Shown: positions 51,610 to 54,099 of the stretch, in pieces
Layout of the letters: each line of letters begins with the position of its first letter
Position numbering within the stretch: the stretch's first letter is position 1
Assembly (NCBI GenBank): GCA_016866675.1
Contig: VGLO01000001.1
Span: 1 to 54,099 of the forward strand
Source of the DNA: Candidatus Staskawiczbacteria bacterium
Lineage (GTDB): Bacteria; Patescibacteriota; Minisyncoccia; Minisyncoccales; Staskawiczbacteraceae
DNA length: 54,099 nt
Direction of reading: 5' to 3'
Notes under the pieces: generated by a model
Database searches by the model: none
Told to the model about the DNA's origin: nothing
The model's input: only the letters and a program-made list of their open reading frames with translations
Program-made: the position numbers and the translations under genes

Positions 51610-51913
51610 AAAAAAAAAATAAGGCCGTGACACAAGTGTGGCACGGCCTCTATGAAATGAGTCCGAAGACCCTTGGGCGAGAAAAATAAAGAACAATGGA
51701 GGCAGTGAGTGTGGCGTGCGAGCATATTGCTCGCTCAGGTGGTTTCCGGAACTCCGGAGTAGCATGGGGGATAGACCCCCGAACCGGAAGGTTTTTCCGC
51801 ACCCTCAGCCTTTTTCACTACTGCCTCCAGAAAGATATTTACCAGAAGATAAACATTTTTCTAAAGGCATTGCCTCTGTGCCTCTATATTATCAAAATAA
51901 TAATGACTGTCAA
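51610..51913 (-). ncRNA. Putative structured RNA with own promoter and terminator
   Basis: TTGACA-16-TAATAT (51913-51886); 10-bp closing stem TGGAGGCAGT/ACTGCCTCCA (51697-51829); terminator AGGCCGTG/CACGGCCT plus U-tract. Confidence 0.55.
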
Positions 51914-52221
51914 GAGTTTTTGTCTTTTTTGGGAATTCCCCACTGCCACCTTGGTTTTTCTCCTTTTTTATAGCAAATTCTAATTAGAATAATTGAAAGG
52001 AAAAGTATTGGTAAAAAAAATGTAAAAATAATTTCTTTATCAGATGAGCTTGCATCAATTGTAAAACCAAAAAATAATAAAGCACCAATATAAATGGCAA
52101 CTACAAGCCAACCCTGCCAAGTGACTGGAACCCAACCCCATCCATATATTTTTCTCTTAAACCAATACTTTTTTGGATTGTCTTTAAAATAATCTTTGTA
52201 TTTTTTAAAAATTTTTCCCAT
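51910..52221 (-). CDS. Small 2-TM hypothetical protein
   Basis: WFKRK.YGWGW.P.TWQGW...KGEKPRWQWG. Confidence 0.82.
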   Translation of the reverse strand: MGKIFKKYKDYFKDNPKKYWFKRKIYGWGWVPVTWQGWLVVAIYIGALLFFGFTIDASSSDKEIIFTFFLPILFLSIILIRICYKKGEKPRWQWGIPKKDKNS

Positions 52222-52226
52222 AGTTT

Positions 52227-52481
52227 TTAAACACCATTAATTAAACTTAATTTTTTATCTCTTGTCCATTTTTTGACTTCAGCTTCTCTTTTTAATGCTT
52301 TTGTTAAAGTTTTAAATTCTTCGTAGTATTTTAGTTTTACAGGTCTGCGTATTTTTGTATAATGTGCCCCCGATTTTGCATTGTTATGTTTATATATTCT
52401 CTTTTCTAGGTCATTTGTATAGCCAACATACAAAGAATCATCAGAGCATTGTAAAATATAAACAAAATATTTTAAACTCAT
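52227..52481 (-). CDS. GIY-YIG nuclease (UPF0213/YazA-like)
   Basis: YFVYILQC.D.SLYVG.TNDL..R...HN, YT..RRPV, A..RE. Confidence 0.92.
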   Translation of the reverse strand: MSLKYFVYILQCSDDSLYVGYTNDLEKRIYKHNNAKSGAHYTKIRRPVKLKYYEEFKTLTKALKREAEVKKWTRDKKLSLINGV

Positions 52482-52619
52482 TTTCTAAAATGCTATGTGC
52501 TTTTTTCATAATGTTCCCATATTACTTGGTTTGTACTAGGTTGTCGATCTAGTGTCTTATGATATCCAGTTCATGGCTTTATATTATGTCATATTTTGAC
52601 GCGATCGAAAAGGTTAATT

Positions 52620-53405
52620 TCAACCACCTTGCTTTGCACTATGCTCAAAAATAATCACCGAGTTTATGGTACCATTCAAAATTCTTGCCTCAAGAATAGG
52701 ATTAAAAATATCATATGCTCGCCTCGGCAAGGGAGGGTAAAGAATTTTTCTCTTGCCGAAAGTACTCCTAACTAAAATGTGCGTTTTAGACTGTAAGTGC
52801 TTGCGCATATGTAAAAGAATATTTTCTTTCATATTTTTTTCAATTCCAACCAAGGAGGCAAGAAAAATAACATTAAATTGGCGATAGTTTTGAAAACCCA
52901 ATGCGTCCGATTGGATAATAATAATCTTTTTACTAAGTCCTAACTTTTTTACCAATCTCCTTGAAATATCACAGGCAAAAGCATCTGCATCTATGACAGT
53001 TACCTTTTGACCATGATTTTGCGCAATCAGAATCGCGGTAATTGGTAGCGGCCCCCCGCCAATAAAAAGAATGTTATGTTTTTTATGACTGGAACATATT
53101 AAAAGAGACATCCATTCCATTTTAGTAAGTTTTCTGTATCGATCCATGTCAGAGAAACTCTCGAATGCTTTTCTTGGATTTTTACTTTTTATAATCGTAT
53201 TCGCCCAATATTTTTCAAATTCATAAACCGATTGGCTGATAACTTTATGTAAATTTACTATTTCATTATTAGTTAAAACATTCTTTCCCTTTTTATCTAG
53301 CACAAAAGCAAAGAGGCTTTCCAAAAGCCTGTTAGTTTTTTGATAATCTGAATAATCCTTCATTCCTATTAGTTCTTGATATAGCTTTTTGACGTTATGG
53401 TTCAT
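52620..53405 (-). CDS. Nicotianamine synthase family protein (CntL/NAS-like)
   Basis: Y..L...E, FIGGGPLP.T, FLASLVG, VRS..G.R..LYP; start taken at ATG 53405. Confidence 0.8.
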   Translation of the reverse strand: MNHNVKKLYQELIGMKDYSDYQKTNRLLESLFAFVLDKKGKNVLTNNEIVNLHKVISQSVYEFEKYWANTIIKSKNPRKAFESFSDMDRYRKLTKMEWMSLLICSSHKKHNILFIGGGPLPITAILIAQNHGQKVTVIDADAFACDISRRLVKKLGLSKKIIIIQSDALGFQNYRQFNVIFLASLVGIEKNMKENILLHMRKHLQSKTHILVRSTFGKRKILYPPLPRRAYDIFNPILEARILNGTINSVIIFEHSAKQGG

Positions 53406-53412
53406 ATTTATA

Positions 53413-53454
53413 AAAAATATCGGATGCACACCACATAGGGTGAGCATCCGATTT
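53413..53454 (-). terminator. Terminator after the GC-rich gene
   Basis: ATCGGATGC/GCATCCGAT stem, then a U-tract on the minus strand. Confidence 0.7.
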
Positions 53455-53457
53455 GTA

Positions 53458-54099
53458 TCAGGCCAGTTGTGCGCAATCCTTTTTCCATTCCCCGTGCACC
53501 GGAGTGCCTTGGGAAAGCGAAAGGCAGTGCTGCATGGCTTTGATGATCAGATCTCGATCTTCACCGTTTTCCAGCCCGAACTTGGCGGCGCAGAGAAATT
53601 CCTGGCATTGCCAATAGGCCTTTTCGGCATCGGAGTTAAGGCTGGCGAGCTGCAAAGCTCCGCTGGCCAGCATTTCGCCGACACGGAGAGCTTTTGCTCT
53701 CAAAAGAACGTCGGAGCTGAAGCAGTTTCCGTAGTGCGTTGCCCACCAGGCCAATGAAACCGCCAATTCCCGCTGATTGACAGGCACGTCAGCAGCAACA
53801 AGTTGGCGTTCATGAGCTTTCAGGTGTGCAGCGCATTTGATCCAGTACTTCATGCACTGTTCGATCGCTCGCGGGAACCATTCTTCCTTGATCCGAGGAC
53901 GTCGTGAGATCTCCTTGAGGATTTGGAGAATCTCAGGATGGGTGATGAGACGCACCAAACCATCCGAGCTAGGAAGCAGAATTGCTTTGTCGGGCACTTC
54001 CTGCATGAGCCGTTGGATCTCGGCGATCGTCTCTTCGTCACTGGCTCCTTCCTTGCGGATGAGCTGGTAACTCTGAGCATCGTCGGCCGTTTCGGTATC
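53458..54099 (-). CDS. GC-rich hypothetical protein, 5' end outside the window
   Basis: Frame stays open upstream of ATG 54006 to the window edge (DTETADDAQSYQLIRKEG...). Confidence 0.65.
   Translation of the reverse strand, partial: DTETADDAQSYQLIRKEGASDEETIAEIQRLMQEVPDKAILLPSSDGLVRLITHPEILQILKEISRRPRIKEEWFPRAIEQCMKYWIKCAAHLKAHERQLVAADVPVNQRELAVSLAWWATHYGNCFSSDVLLRAKALRVGEMLASGALQLASLNSDAEKAYWQCQEFLCAAKFGLENGEDRDLIIKAMQHCLSLSQGTPVHGEWKKDCAQLA

Noticed and set aside
51409..51983. Plus-strand ORFs at 51409, 51696 and 51716
   Set aside because: Antisense to tRNA-Ile and to a unit whose promoter and terminator both point to the minus strand

Overview
AT-rich core-genome segment of a reduced-genome bacterium, most likely Patescibacteria/CPR (inferred from the divergent, unlinked rRNA genes, the glycolysis/fermentation block, MurF/FemAB/sortase and short palindromic and heptamer repeats). 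Housekeeping genes lie almost all on the minus strand: cell wall and division, serS, lysS, ychF, greA, rpsB-tsf, rpmE, rplY, and fba-ppsA-gap-gpm-eno. The window holds a 23S-5S unit, a separate 16S unit about 8.6 kb away, and three intact tRNAs. Main observation: the 16S rRNA has lost its anti-Shine-Dalgarno (GGAUCA-UUUUUUUA), and the core starts I checked are SD-less or leaderless. Yet 15 small orphan ORFs sit between core genes in self-contained units, typically sigma70 promoter, boxA-like +1 motif, strong SD and terminator. Six share a beta-beta-alpha pattern and one resembles a Planctomycetota regulator. This 16S cannot pair with those SDs, so they may be built for translation in another cell (hypothesis). 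Also present: four stem-closed RNA modules downstream of 16S, several stand-alone structured RNAs, a tRNA-Ile nested in a split tRNA, and an RF1 lacking domain 1. All folds and homologies were read by eye; nothing was computed or searched.
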